NCBI GenBank assembly: GCA_013265495.1
Contig: MU058463.1
Span: 806,001-870,000 of the forward strand
Length of the DNA: 64,000 nucleotides
From: Vicugna vicugna
Taxonomy: Eukaryota
Direction of reading: 5' to 3'
Shown here piece after piece: positions 27,800 through 41,800 of this stretch (within the stretch, counting starts at the first letter, position 1; every line of letters starts with the position of its first letter). Under the pieces are notes generated by a model. It did not search any database. It saw nothing but the letters and a program-made list of their open reading frames with translations, and was not told where the DNA came from. The position numbers and the translations under genes were made by a program.

Positions 27800-30700
27800 G
27801 TATCAGTTTGGGTGCTGGTTAGAAAACAAGAGAGATGTACTGCAACTAACTTAAGCAAAAAAGGAACTTATTGGAAGGCTATCTAGCTGCTCAAAGAATT
27901 ATCAAAAAGACTAGATAACAAGATTTAGAAAATTGTCAGGAAAAAAAAAGGAAGCTAGGCAATGTGAAATTTGACAAATATATCACAGAAACTGACTTTT
28001 TTGGATGCTCCCACTGCTTCTACTTCGTGGCATTCAACATCACCTCTACTGTAATCTTCACACCATTGCTGTGATTGACCATTTATTTTTAAACTATTCT
28101 TTCTATATTTAAAGTTCCAAATAAGAGCATTTAAATGGGTGATTGTAGGCCATAAACCTGTAACTCTCTAGGAACTGAAAAGAGAAAACAGAGAGTCCTT
28201 ATTCTTCCATAGTGTAGGTGGAAGTATAATTCAGAATAGCATAATAGGAAATTGTGTTAAAATAGATAATGTGTTCACATGTTGAGTAATAGAAATAAAA
28301 CAAATGACCATAATAATCTACAACTTGGTTGCTTAACATATACATAAACCCTTCTTCATACATAAACTTCTAAACTAAAAATTTCCCCCAAGAGCTATAA
28401 TGCAACAATTCCTTTTTCAAAGCAAATTTCATTCAGATGTAACCATGTGACCCAAAGGAGACAGACCCATAAGCAGTAAGGATATATTGTACAGCACAGG
28501 GAAATACAGCCATTAGTTTGTAATATCTTTAAATGGAGTACCATCTATAAAAATATTGAATCATTATGTTTTACACCTGAAATGAATATAATACTGTAAG
28601 TTAACTATAGTTCAATAAAAAAGAGAGAGAGAGAGAGACTCAACAATTCTAACACAATTATTTCATACAATTTTAAGGCCAAGGTATCATAATATTGTTC
28701 ATTTCTCCTCTAATTCAGACCTGATGCCTAAAAGTTATCTCAATACAGATTAAGTTACACAGGTAACCACAAGCAATATACTGTATATATAGTTGGGAAA
28801 AGGAAGTCATAAAGAAGTGTGTGTGTGTGTGTGTATGAAAAGGAAGGCAATTAATTTAAGGAAACAATAATTCATCATTTCTGCAACTAATTAAACTATA
28901 GATGGAATTCAGGGTTTTTCTCCTCCATTAACTATACCATATTCCCTTTGATTTCAATCTGTAACTCAACTGGCAAGGTGCAAGACCTTTCTTTTGTAAC
29001 ACATACTTATATTTCTGAAATATCTGAGTCCATGGTAGTACTGCTTTTATACTATTGCAATAGCTTTTCATTAGCCTTTGCCATTACATATAAAAGAAAA
29101 ATAAAGTATTCCCAGAGAACATGTTGGCTCCATCCAAACTGTTCCATGTTTCCAATCTGTGAAAATTACCCAAACCAACATCAAAAATCCATTTTCCCCC
29201 AAAAGGCAAGATGCTGTCACCTTTTCCAATTCAATGGCATCATGGATCCACTAGTGGAAGCCTGTCTTTGAGATACTAAAATCTCTTAATTGCACAAGAT
29301 GACAGTCCTGGAAATAGTAACCCAATATTGTGTGAATGGGTATTTAAGAGTAACTATGAAGGTTGTCATCCCCTATCTCTGTTTATGGACTTTTAGACTC
29401 ATGCAGAATATATTCTACACCTTGCATGATGTTGTTTACAATTGATGCCTGACCAGGAAGTCTTAATGATCTCTGTGGACACTGGCCACTGATGACCTTA
29501 CTTTGCTGTATAAAGAATCCCTTAGTCAGAAGCAATGCTCTATAAAATACTGACATGGTTTGTCATCATTTCATCAGTGTAGAGACTTTGGTACTGGCAG
29601 AGGAACAAAGGGAGAAAATATTTTCCAAATCTGAATGAGCATCTATTTGAGTGAGGACAAATTGCTACCTTCCAACTAGGATGAAAGGGATAAACAAAAC
29701 TGACCTGTATGAAAGCTACTTTTTGTTTATTATACAATATTAGGGGCTTAAGGCTGCTTACTTCTTCTAGCAGGTTTGGGTACTCAGTGGCAGCAATAAC
29801 TAAAATAGCCTTAGTGATGGGGAGTTCATGCCATCGATTTTCTGCTTAGCTTCCGGTTTGCAAAACTTCTTGTTTGTGAGATCTTTGTGAAAGCACTGCA
29901 GTGGCACTTATATATACTGCTTAAGTACTCTTGTTCAGCTGATTATTAAAATTTCCTCTGGCAAAATGATCTTTTGATAAAAACTCTCATGAGAGACAAA
30001 TATTTTCACACTCTGGGCCATTATACAGGTATTTCTGCAAGAATTCTCTTTATTCTTTCTAATTTCCCAAACTTGCTTCTTTCATTTCCTTAACTGTCCG
30101 ACAAAATCAACCATTCTTGCTATGAACTGTAGTGTATCCTTACCTCTTGCTTTATCTACTTCCAAACAAATTGGATGACAAGATGTACCACTTGAAGAAG
30201 TATCTCCTAGCAAGCCATCCCCTGTCCCCATGGCCTTCAGAACTACTCCTGAGAAAGCTATATTGTCATCACAGTCCATTTCTTGTTGTTCTACTGGTAT
30301 AAAATGTAGAATGGTTGATAAAATGTTATTTCTCACATCCTTTGCCATGTGATCAAAGAAAATTTCTTATGAGAACAGTATGAGTTAAGGAAGAGACACT
30401 TACCTGATAGGAATAATCATGATAGGAAGGTTAATGACCTGTTTTGATCATGCAACATATTTGTGCCTATCAGAAAATTACATCTATACCTCAAGTTCTA
30501 TTTTAGAATAATGTGCACCAAAAATTCTGTCAACTTAGCAAAAGCAATTCACAGAGGACATCTAGGATTGCATGATAGTGTGGTTACCTTTCAAGGTTTC
30601 AAGCCTATTAATAATAGGCTCTTTCATGGCCTATTGCAAATCTAAAAGCGACTTCTGAAATTAACCATAGTTACATGCAAAAGATGACATGGTCTTCCTT

Positions 30701-31400
30701 TGAAACTAAAAAATTTCCACTTTGGTTTCCACTTGTAGATTGTTATAGCCTCTGTAGAACATTCTGAAATGTCACTATGCTTGAATGGTACTCAGTTTAC
30801 TGCACCAAAGAACCAAATGACAGACTCACTGAGCTATTATAAAGGGTTAACCTATCTTGCTGTCAGTCTTTTTTAAGTTTGGCTGTCTTTCAGAACACAA
30901 AATAAACAGATTAAGCAAACCTCTGTATCTCCCTTTTAGCAGTAATGAGCAAAAGGTGTAGCAATTTATTCTCTGATATGGAGGAATCACATAATCTTCC
31001 TTGAATGGAAGTTCTATATATTTTGTGGAATACATTTTCCCCTCTCTGACAAATGCATTACCATGTCATTTAAATTATTTATTAATTTGAACTCTACAGT
31101 CCTATCAGCATGATGTTATCAATACAGTGAGTCTATGTGTTGATATCCTGTGAGATGAGGAGACACTAAAGATCCCTGAAAACAAAGAAGTGATACCAAG
31201 TTTGAAATGACCTAGCCCTGGGGAAAGATGTTAAGGTACATTGGTGTACTTGCTAGGTTAAAATAAACAGATTGTGATATGCTATGTTTATGAGGATAAA
31301 GGGAACATTACTATATCAACAGCAGGATGTAAATTGATAGAGAATGAATTGATTTGCTCCAGAAAGGCCTTCTCTAGAACAGAACAAGCTATAATGATGA
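27800..31400 (-). mobile_element. Heavily decayed LTR retroelement (MaLR/ERVL LTR plus internal), interrupted by a short L1 3' end (+, ~28460-28622)
   Basis: LTR-like 'tgtatcagtttggg...aactaacttaagcaaaaaaggaacttattggaagg' followed by long ERVL-internal-like antisense sequence; boundaries uncertain. Confidence 0.45.
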
Positions 31401-32269
31401 GTTAATGCACTATTATCCTCCAAGACTTCTTAGATTTCAGTTCAGATCAAAATGATTTAAGCTGGCTTGCAATAGCAATCATCATCCTCATATATTAAAA
31501 GCCTCTAAATTCCTATGATTCAGACAAGGATATGTAATTGCTTTTGATGAACTATTTTGATAGTGGGAGGGGGCTTCAGAGGAAGTGCTTACGTTACTAT
31601 AAATCCTTTACTCCTCAGAACAGGGAATCAATGGGGTGATAAGGACATTATAACAATTCCTGATGATATCTTTAATAATTTTACACCTCAAATTTTCTAA
31701 TATTACAATTAGAAGAGTTTAGGATTTTAATGAGGCAAATGTATGTTAGCTTCAGGTCAAATTCCATTTATGTTCCTTTTCTTCTATAAGTCTATAGTTA
31801 AACAATTAACCACTATGATATACTGGATCTCTAGAAAGTGTTAGCTCAGAGCATTTTTTTTTCTGATCCCTGAAATACATTTGTTTTTCTCTTTCCCAGT
31901 GCTTAATTTTCTTAGTAAAATACCATGATAATTTTTCATAGTCTTGGGCAAAGATTTATAGTGTAATTTTTCTGCTGTTATTTTAAGGTCTCCTCTCAAG
32001 TATATACCATATTTAGAGCTATATGATATATATATATATATATATAAATACATACATATAGTATTTAGAAATTGATATAAATTAGCATTCCCTGCTTTAA
32101 AATAAATACTGTATATGTTAGAATGCAAACGTGATTAAATACTACTTTAGGACAGATGAGGCAGAACCAAAAGAGATTTAGGTGATTTATGGACTGAGGA
32201 TATACTGGGAAATATTTTATTTTTAGAGAATAGTTAGATGTGGTAAATAAGTTGGGTCAAAAAAAAGGT

Positions 32270-33160
32270 TGGGAGATTTCTGCTTCCAGTAATGATGGAC
32301 TAGATGGTGTGAAATAACTTCTCAGTGAGAACAAGTACTTAATGAACTAAGTAAAAATGCATCAGAGAAGAACAAGGCAGTGAGTAAGTGTGAAAGCAGG
32401 GTCTGGGAGAGGAGAGAAGATATTTGTAAGCTTTTCTTTTTTAGAAAAATGCAGTGATTTGGAAGTAGAAGCTGTGAGGTTGGGAAGCTAAGGAAACCTT
32501 TCCCCAGACCCATGGACCTAGGGAAAGAAGCTTGGAGTTCAAGGCTACCTTGAAAAAAAATCCATAAAATTTGGAATGAGCTCTCAAACAACTACAAAAA
32601 GGAATACAGTGAACTGGAAAGAAATACTTTACTAAAACTGAAATCAATTTCAGATCATCTCAACCTGACAACATTGCCAGAAGGAAAGATTAAATTCTTT
32701 CTGGAAGATTATATAACCCAGAGTCTCAAATTATTTTAATAAAGTATAATGTAATATATTAAGCACTCAAGCAAAATTAACCAGACATCTGAGGAACAAA
32801 ATGTGAATGAAAACCAAGAGAAGCAACTGGCCAAAAGCACTGAGCCATAGAGGATACAGATAATGGAGTTATCAGTTATCAGTCACAGACTTTAAAATAA
32901 GTGAAGATTAGTATGCTTAAGAAGTTAAAAGACAAAAAAAAAAAAGAAATTTTTAGCAGGAACCAGAATTTATAATAAAATTTATAATTGAAACTAAGAC
33001 TTATTATAATAAATGGAGTTAAAAGCTCAGTAAATTCATTGAAGATCAGATTAGATACTGGTGAAAAGAGGATTATTAAACTAGAAGGTAAACCAGAAAA
33101 ATAAATAAATATTCAGAATAAAAGAGATATATGTTAAAAATTGTGAAAGATTTGAGACTA
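32270..33160 (+). mobile_element. Old L1 5' region / ORF1 remnant
   Basis: 'tctgcttccagtaatgatggact' 5' end; ORF1-like 'gatacagataatggagttatcag...cagactttaaaataag...cagattagatactggtgaaaagaggatta'. Confidence 0.65.
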
Positions 33161-33799
33161 TCCTTGCTTGCAAGTTATGTAAATTAGTCTTCTTCAATTT
33201 CAATTCATTTTTATAGATGTATCCAGAAAGCATAAGATTCTTCACTCTGAAACAATGAACTTTATTGAAGAGCACATCAGATAGCATAAGCTTTATGCTC
33301 ATATCCAATATACTCCTGATACATTACAAATTTCATGCATATGGTGCTGAAGTGGAGCAAAGTATATGCTGGAGTTGTTTCACAGCTAAGGAATATCTTG
33401 ATTAGAAAACCCCTGCTCTTAAAAAGAAGTTGCAAGCAAACCTGTCACCTCTTGCTCTAAAGGAAAATATTATCTTTATTACCCTGGATGAAAAACAAAA
33501 CCTCCTTTTACCATAGGGGAAGATGTCACCTTTATTTTCCAATGTTATTTGCTAAGTAAACTTCCCTGAAAATATAGTCTGAATCAAAATCTGCCCCAAG
33601 GTAAACACATAGAATTGCCCATAAACAATACATACTCTTTACTTCTGCATCATCATGTCTTCTGGAGAATTTTCCTTTGAATATTCTACCCCATTGTCCA
33701 CTCTGCATCTGAAAGACATGGACTGCCATTCAATAAGACTCTCATCATCAGAATTATAAATAGCAGGACAAGGCCAACTAGTCATGCCACCCAGGACTG

Positions 33800-35750
33800 T
33801 GTATAGTAACAGTACTATTTATAATAATTCCCAGACTGGAAACTGCTTAAATGATCACCATAGTAGAAAAGATTCACACATAGAATACTTCTGAAATCGA
33901 TGGTACAAATTGTAATTACATGAACGAATGGAAAGAATTCTCAGAAAATAATTTGGAATGAAAAAGGCAGATACGAAAGATACATAAATAAACTTCAGTT
34001 TATGTAACGTTAAAAATGGACAAAATTAATACAGGCAGTTAGAAGTTCAAATAGTTTAGTTAGTCACTGGGAGGAGGCATTAGAGGGCAGAGAAGTTTAG
34101 TGCAATCCTTCTTAATCTGCACACTGGTTATATAGGCTTGTTATGTGTATGGATATTTCATTGAGTTGCAGATCTAGGATTTGTGCACTTCACTGAAAGA
34201 GCCTAAAATAATCAGTAAATATATTAACAAAATAAGAAGAGAAAAGAAACAATCATGGCAACTAGGCAATACAGATATTGTATCTTATGCAGTACAGATA
34301 AGGCATTGATCATAGTCAACATTCACTTGTGATTAAAATACTTAGAAATTTTATTATAGAAATTATATATTCAAATAAAAAGTATGTACAGAAATTTTTA
34401 ATAAACATTATAGTTAGTCTGAAATGTTGAACTCATTTTTTCTGAGTCAGAATATAGAAAAGATTGTTAATTTTCACTATCAATATTTTATTGAAAGTCT
34501 TAGCCAATAAATGAGACATGAATATTAATAGTATAAGAATTAAGAATAAATACAGCTTTAATCATTCACAGATGACTTAACTGTACATGTGCCATGTCAA
34601 AAATGTCTACAAATAAATTATCAAATTTAATAAGTAAATTTAGTAATGTACCTGGATGTAAGATCAATAGATTAAAATCAATATACAATTGTAGTATGCA
34701 AAAATCAATTGTATTTATTTAAATGGAGCCAGTTAAAAAATAAATAAAATGTAACAATAAAATTAAAAGCTGTCATATAGCTAAGAATTAATCTAAAAAT
34801 ATGTGTAAGAAATCTGTATTTTGAATAAAATCAAAAAGGATATTAGCAAATGGAGAGATATATATATATTTTCTTGAATTGGAGGACTTAAAATGCTTAA
34901 AATACGCATTTTTCTAAATTGATCTATAATAAATTCAAGGTAAGCCCAGTGAAAACTATAGGATTTTTTTCTGTTTTTCAGTAAATTGACAAGTTTTTTC
35001 TAAAATGTATATGAAAACTCAAAGAATCAAGAACAATAAAGAGATTTAAAGATGAACAAAGAAGGATACTAACTCTACTAGACATAATGAGTTATTATTA
35101 ACTGGCGCTAGTGAAGAACTCTTTTATTTCCTAAAAGATAGGCAAGGAGACCATTGATCAGTATAGTTCAGAAAGAAACCATTTTGTGTAATGCAAAGGT
35201 AATATTGTAAAGCCAAGGAAAGATAACTTCACTTTAAATGGTGCTAGGTCAATTAGATAGCCATGTATAAAAACTTGAAACTGACAGCTTCCTCATATCA
35301 TACATATGAATTATTATCATTTTGATGTTGATGTTGTATGTCTGAATGTGAAACATAAGCCCATAAATCTTTCAGATTAGAGAATATCTTCATAAACTTA
35401 GAGCAGAAAAATACTAAAACTTAAAAACTTATAAACATTAAGAAAAAGATTGGTAATTGACTACAATAAAACAAACAACTTCTTAAAAGACAGAAATGAA
35501 TTAAAAAGCAAGGCAAAGAGGAAAGAAGCTATTTGCCACAATGTAACTAAAAAGGTGCTCCTAACCAGAATACAGCATGAATTCCTACAAGGCAATAATA
35601 AAATGACAGAAAACTCAATTTCAAAATTTAAGAAGTGCTTTGAAAAAGAAGATACAGAAATGACCAAGGTGGTCATTTATTAAGAAGTACAAACTAAAAA
35701 AGGCTGTCACCACCATCAGAGGCACTGATAACATCAGCTTCTACATAAAG
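33800..35750 (+). mobile_element. Old L1 fragments (3'UTR piece then ORF2 remnants)
   Basis: ORF2-like 'attcacagatgactta', 'ggatgtaagatcaata', 'aaatggagagatata', 'aaattgatctata', 'aatggtgctagg'. Confidence 0.75.
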
Positions 35751-37683
35751 TAGACCAAGGGCTTAGCTCTCCAAAGAAACATATCCTCAGAGCGGGCATC
35801 AGCAGAACTATAAGCTCCTACAGTGGGATTAGTCTCCAAAGCTACTAATTTTCATTGACCATTATATAGTAATTTACTCAAACAAGACTGAGGAGTTAAA
35901 AAAAATAACATAAAAGCTGTCATTAGTATGAGGAGAATTACAGACCACTTGGTCCAAAAAAGGTCCAGAACATTCCCAGAGCAACAAGGAAAGGATTTGA
36001 TTGAAGCACGATTTTGTAAATGGGAGAAGATGGCACCATAGGTGGAACATATGTGATTGTTACGGTGACGCTCTTTTATGATCATCCTCATATGGCCACA
36101 GAGATATCTTTATATACAAATAGTTATCAGACAAGTCCTATTGACCATAATCCAGAGGAAATTAATAAGTTGTAGTTCATTATGAAAATTCTAACCATTG
36201 CATTTTCTCCTAAGTTTTGCTTTCATTTAGCTGACTTCCTCTCATTTAAAAGGAGCCCTCGGGAAAATCTGCACTCTTCAGGATAAGCCAGGCTCACATT
36301 ATGAGACATAAATTTTGCTTACTATGATTGTTTTTCACAAAGGCCTTTTTCTGTTTAATGAACTAATTCATGAAAACTGCATCCCCAAAAGTTTCTTATT
36401 CACTTTATTTTGACTATCCTTCAGAAAAGCTAAGTTTGAAAAAGCATCTGCTCATTTAAAATCATATAAAATAACACTGAAAGCATAGCTTTAGGAGAGG
36501 ATTTTTTTTTACTTTCCAATAAATGAAACAAGTTATTTTCTAGAGTACGTTATATCATGTTAATTTAAAGATGCTACTATAGTCTTTAATAAACATAAAG
36601 AAAACCATTTTAAGCATGAGGGGAAAGTTTGTTCAAATGTCAAAGGACAATAGTTTGAAAGTTAAAAAGGTGGCTTGGAAAACTTGGGGTATGGTATAAT
36701 TCCAAAGTTGAATATCTCAAATCAAGTCATACAATTGGGGAGAGAGCAATAAAGATGCCATTCAGACTAAAAATTCATGAAGTCACAGCAACTTCTCAAA
36801 ATCATTTTGGAAACTGAAGATGGGACTAATTTTATATAGAACTGGATGCTCAGAAAACTTGAGTACGCAGCAGTGTGTCCAAGAGATGATATAGCTTCAG
36901 TCTTATATTTTACTCTAAGCCAGATATCACCTGAAAATATCACAATACAGGTTTGTTCTGCAAATCATATTCTCTTGCCAGTAGAATAGCACCGTTGTCC
37001 TGAATCTGAATTTCTTCCCCACAACTGTTGGACTTAATTTACTTAACTCCCCTCCCTACATTTTTCTTGTTAGTTGATGATTCCCCATCAGAGGATTTTT
37101 TTCATTGTTGTTCATCAACTCCCCCAAGCGATGTCTCTATGCATTTGCTAAGTCACAGGACTCCAAGGCAACAAGATTGATGTGAATATTAAATAAGACA
37201 GAAAAGAAACCAAGATAATAATCAGAATTAAAAATACTTTGGAATCCAGTGGAGGGTGTCTTGCATGTATAAAAAAGAAACAAATATTTCTTTATTTGTA
37301 ATGCATACAAATTTAAAACCTCATCATACTATTGAAAATTTATTTCTGGAAACCATTTTTAGAATTTTCATACATCATAAAGACTGAAATAAATGCTGAA
37401 ATTAGCTTTCTGTCAATCTGAATAAATTAATGCTGAGGTAATTGAATGAACAATTAATTAATATTGAAATAAATTTTCTGCCAATTTGAGTAAATCTACA
37501 AATCATTGTAAAGAATTCCACTCATCCTGCACTAATCTCATAAACATGTCCAATTGACTGATTTGATTATATTGTTTTTGTTCCCATCATTTCTAATATG
37601 TTTAATTTTAATAGAAAATAAATTAAATGGTTCACTGAAACTTATTTACCAGGTTAGAATGGGGTTGGCTATTTTTCTCCAAT

Positions 37684-38161
37684 TGAGAGGTATAGAAATA
37701 AATGAAGACCACCCAAATGAGAACAAACAAAGGCTATTCAATGCAGAGTTTGCCCTCAGAAATAAGTTTGCCCTCAGAAATCCACCATCACTTGTGTTTG
37801 CCAGAGACTCAGAAACAGGCAGAGGAATGGGAAAGCTTTATAGTGGAAAAAGGGAAGGGCTTCAGGTATACCCTGATCCTGATAGGCGATAAGCTGGAAG
37901 TGAGGCATCCTATGTGAGTGGTTAGTGCATATTCGACTTTCTGTGGTTGGTTCTGTTGGAAATAAATTAAGTAGCAGGACAAAAGCTAGGAAAGTGGGCA
38001 GTTAATGATTAAGTCCTGACCATTTGGGGCCAGTTGCTACAGTGCTGCAGAGGCTGTGGTTTGGCTTCCTGCGCTGTAGAATATGGGACAGAGTTTTGTG
38101 TGCCTGAATTCTATTTTCATATGCAGTCTAGCCATTGTCCATTGGTTTATTCAGTCTCTCA
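37684..38161 (-). mobile_element. ERV1-class solo LTR (MER31/MER67-like)
   Basis: Reverse complement begins TGAGAGACTGAATAAACCAATGGACAATGG; TG...CA ends; internal tandem duplication AGTTTGCCCTCAGAAAT x2 at ~37747-37781. Confidence 0.65.
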
Positions 38162-38746
38162 GAGACAAGTGCTAATATAATGAATCTCAAGTTTTCTTCT
38201 ATTAGATATTTTAATACTACTAATATATGTGCATTTTCCAAGATTCTTAACCCAACCTAGTGGATAAAATTAATTTACATAGAGAGAGAGATTGAATTTC
38301 CAAATATACTTGAAAAGTTCACACAGTTTTTTTATTTTATACCTAAAATGTAAGAAATATACACCCTTTGTTACTAACAGCAGAATGAAATACTTTATTT
38401 TTTTACAGTGAATAGACAAGCAGTATTGGCAGACCTTTAGGCAAAAACTTGGTTTGCAGAGAAATAAGTGCCTGTGAGAGCGTAGTGTTTTCCCACCGCT
38501 TACAATATATAGTGTCAATGAGTCTTCAGGAATTGCATTCAATTCCCTCCTACAGGATGGCAGGTAGGGAGCACAATGTTCATACATAGGGTTTTTTGGG
38601 GGGTTTTTTTGTATTTGTCCTTTATTGAGGAAGCTCTTCTCTATTTCTAATATGTTGAGAGTTTTGGTAGTTGACTTTTTAAAAATACTTTTCCAGCATC
38701 CAGTTTAAACTGACCATATGTTTTTCTTCTTTACAAAATCAGTTGG

Positions 38747-38853
38747 GTGCTCGCTTGGCAGCACATATACCAGAATTGGAACGATACAGAAAGGATTAGC
38801 ATGGCCCCTGCACAAGGATGACATGCAAATTCGTGAAGCATTCCATATTTTTT
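38747..38853 (+). pseudogene. RNU6: Full-length U6 snRNA retro-pseudogene (5' part of a chimera)
   Basis: Matches U6 from GTGCTCGCTT to TTCCATATTTTT with about 7 substitutions and a 1-nt deletion; ACAGAGA box mutated to ACAGAAA; no promoter context. Confidence 0.95.
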
Positions 38854-39076
38854 GTTAGGCCCTATAATCTCATTTTTCTGGATTAATCTAAAATATTAAC
38901 TAAAAATACATGTTACTTCAATAAAAAGAGACTAAATTTTTATTACCTGATGGTAATATTCCCACAATAAAAAATTATGAAAATCTATTACCATGTACTG
39001 TGTTAAAATTTTTGTGTCTATTTTTATTGAAGTTAAAGAAATAAACACTTCAAATTTCTACCAAAAAAAAAAAAAT
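38854..39076 (+). other. Polyadenylated RNA 3' end fused to U6 in one retro-insertion
   Basis: AATAAA at 39040-39045, poly(A) 39063-39076; whole unit flanked by TSD AAAATCAGTTGG (38735-38746) / AAAATCAGTCGG (39073-39084). Confidence 0.85.
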
Positions 39077-39373
39077 CAGTCGGAGAATATTTGTCCTTCT
39101 CTCTTTTTGAAAATTATGCAAGATTGGTGTTGTGGACTTTTGTTTAAGTTTAAAGATTTTGAAAATGAATTCAATATTTTGATAGACATAGGATTAGAAA
39201 AAAATTTATATTGTATCCCGGGTCAGTTCTGTTAAGTTGTATTTCTTATAAGACTTGTTCGTTTAATATGTTATTAAATTCATTTCCATAAAGTTTATTG
39301 CCATATATAATGTGCTTTTTACATTATATGTATTTTTACATTTTATATATAAATACATATATATGTAACAGTA

Positions 39374-39822
39374 TGTGACATGAAAAAGGTACCAGGAGAA
39401 ATCAATGACACAGATCATTAAAGAAGATAGCGCCCTTTTCTCTCACTGTCTGTGGGAGTGTTGTGGCCTGACTTTGATTGGCACCTTGCTCCAAGTTGCA
39501 AATTTCCTGTCATAGAGATATGAAAGGTTTATTTTTCCTTTGGATAAAACCAATTAACTAACAAAGGTGATCACATTAGTCACCAGGTGAATCTAAGATG
39601 AACTATGTGTGACAGTGTTATCAAGCCCACTTACTTGAGAATATGTATAGAATGGGTTTTATTTGCTTCGCTATACAAAGGGATGATATTTCTTTGTCTT
39701 TGCAATATCTTTAGTGAATCACCTGAAATAAGCATCACATTTTGGATTAATGTTTATTCAATATTAGAACTGTTTTAGTCCTCTTCTGTCTTTGTGGGGA
39801 AGTTTTCTGGAGATCTCCCAAC
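39374..39822 (+). mobile_element. ERV1-class solo LTR (MER34-like)
   Basis: TG...CA ends; 'caccaggtgaatctaagatgaactatgtgtgaca' and 'aactgttttagtcctcttctgtctttgtggggaagttttctgg' resemble the MER34 group. Confidence 0.6.
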
Positions 39823-41624
39823 AGTTGTATTTTTGTTAACATTCATAACACATTGCAGTTTTGTTAACCTTTGGATTTTTAAAGATTTCCTTGAGTTTTA
39901 TTCTTAGATGCATGTATTATCCAAAGCTATGTTTCTTAATTTTCAAATGTTTGGATTTATTCAATTTTTCGCTTTTTATATATTACTAATTAAATTAAAA
40001 TTGTCAGTCTTTTTTCAATATATTGAAATTTCAAATGTGTTGTAATAGATGAAAAATAGGACTTAAATCAACAATTCTTGACTTAGAAGTATAGTTCTGT
40101 CACTTAATATGTTATTTAATATCTCTAAGTCTTAGTTTCTTGTCTATAATATAAAAAATACAGAGTTTATTGGTTTGTTTTAATATATAAGTTAAAGTGT
40201 GTGTGTGTGCACACGTGTGTGTGTATCTGAGTTCAAGTAAGATTCAAACTATTAATATCTTTTATGTTGTCACAGAAGACTCACATACCCCCTATGCAAA
40301 AAGTTGTTATTATTTCCAAAATTAGTTTGCATCTCTGATGAAATCAATGTAAGCATATTAGTAACAGTAGAAAAAGAATGTGGTAAGCAATAGTGATAAC
40401 ATCATTCCTGAAGGACAGAAATTAATATCATTGTTTATTTTATCAAGGAGGCAAGTTTCATATCTAATGAGTAGTTTCCTTAACTGAAAGGACAAATCAC
40501 AGTTCAGAACACAGATCATAAGTGTTGGGATTATTCTTGTTATTTAAGTACTTTAATGAGAACCAAATGAGTTAATATATTTAAAGCACTCAGAAAATGA
40601 CTGCAAAGATGTGTTATTAAATTAATAAATTTAGAAATGAATATAAACAACTGTCACAACCAATGGCTTAAGAATAACAGAAGTTTTGCTATAACAGTAA
40701 GTAAATGATAATTTCAATTAAAATTATTTCATGCTTTCCCCTATTGTTGGATGTATACTAATATCAGTTAAATTATTTGCTCTTGTTAAATGTATAGGCA
40801 AATTTTTAGAATGCCTTAAATGTATTATTCTTTAATGCTTTGCATCAATAATAATTAAAATATGAATTTGACCACTTATACTCCAACTACTGTCTAGGAT
40901 TTCAGTCCAGTTTTGCTCCTTGACTTGTACTTTAGTAATTTATCTTTATGTGCTGAATAATACTTCATTCAAATATATATGCTTGCTTTTTGATATAATA
41001 TCTACATTTGCTTTTAAAAATTATATACACAGAATTAAAAAAAAAAAAAAACTGCTCCAGAGAATGAGTAATTTCTTACTGTGAGTTAAAATGCTCTGGC
41101 CTAGAAACTGGATGTCAGGCAAAAGGCCAATAAAATGATCAAATCAATAATTTATTATTGAGGAGCATATATATAGGATAATTAGAATTTCTGGGCTCAT
41201 CGAAATCATTAAGGTGTTATTGGAATTGTGACAGTGAAAAAATGTTGTAGAGATGTTAGAAAATGTTTAACCAACAAAACTTCCAAGATTATAGTAGCAA
41301 TGACACCAAACACCAGATTTTTGAAGAAGTTACTCATATCACAAATATTTTCTTTTTCTTTGTTAAATATTTTTACTATATCCCATCTTCAATCTTAAGA
41401 GAACTGTTCATAAAATTAATACTATTGTGTGTCAGGCAAAATTTTTAAATGAATTTTCTCTGTTCTTCAGAAATCCCTCTAAGATAGATAAAAATTAATA
41501 TTAGTAAGTTTCCATTTTACTTATGAGTGAGAAATTTACCAAAGTTTGAATACCTACTCTGTTACAGACATAACTTGGACTCATAGGGATAACTTCAAAT
41601 TTTTGCTACCTCTTACATCTGTGA

Positions 41625-41800
41625 TTCTTAATTGTTAGTGTCCATGAGAATCTTCTGGGGTCCTTGAAAAAATTAGATCCAGATCCCAGACTCCACTCAT
41701 AAAATCATAAGTATTCTGATGAAACTCAAATTGGCCTTTTAAATATGCCCCAGCTAACACAATTGAGATATCTACTGATGACTCTTTGAGAAAAACTGCT
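41625..41800. mobile_element. MER5-like DNA transposon
   Basis: 'gagaatcttctggggtccttgaaaaaa...cccagactccactc...ctttgagaaaaactg'. Confidence 0.5.

Noticed and set aside
38747..38853. Functional U6 snRNA gene
   Set aside because: Mutated ACAGAGA box, CpG decay, and TSD immediately upstream instead of a PSE/TATA promoter.
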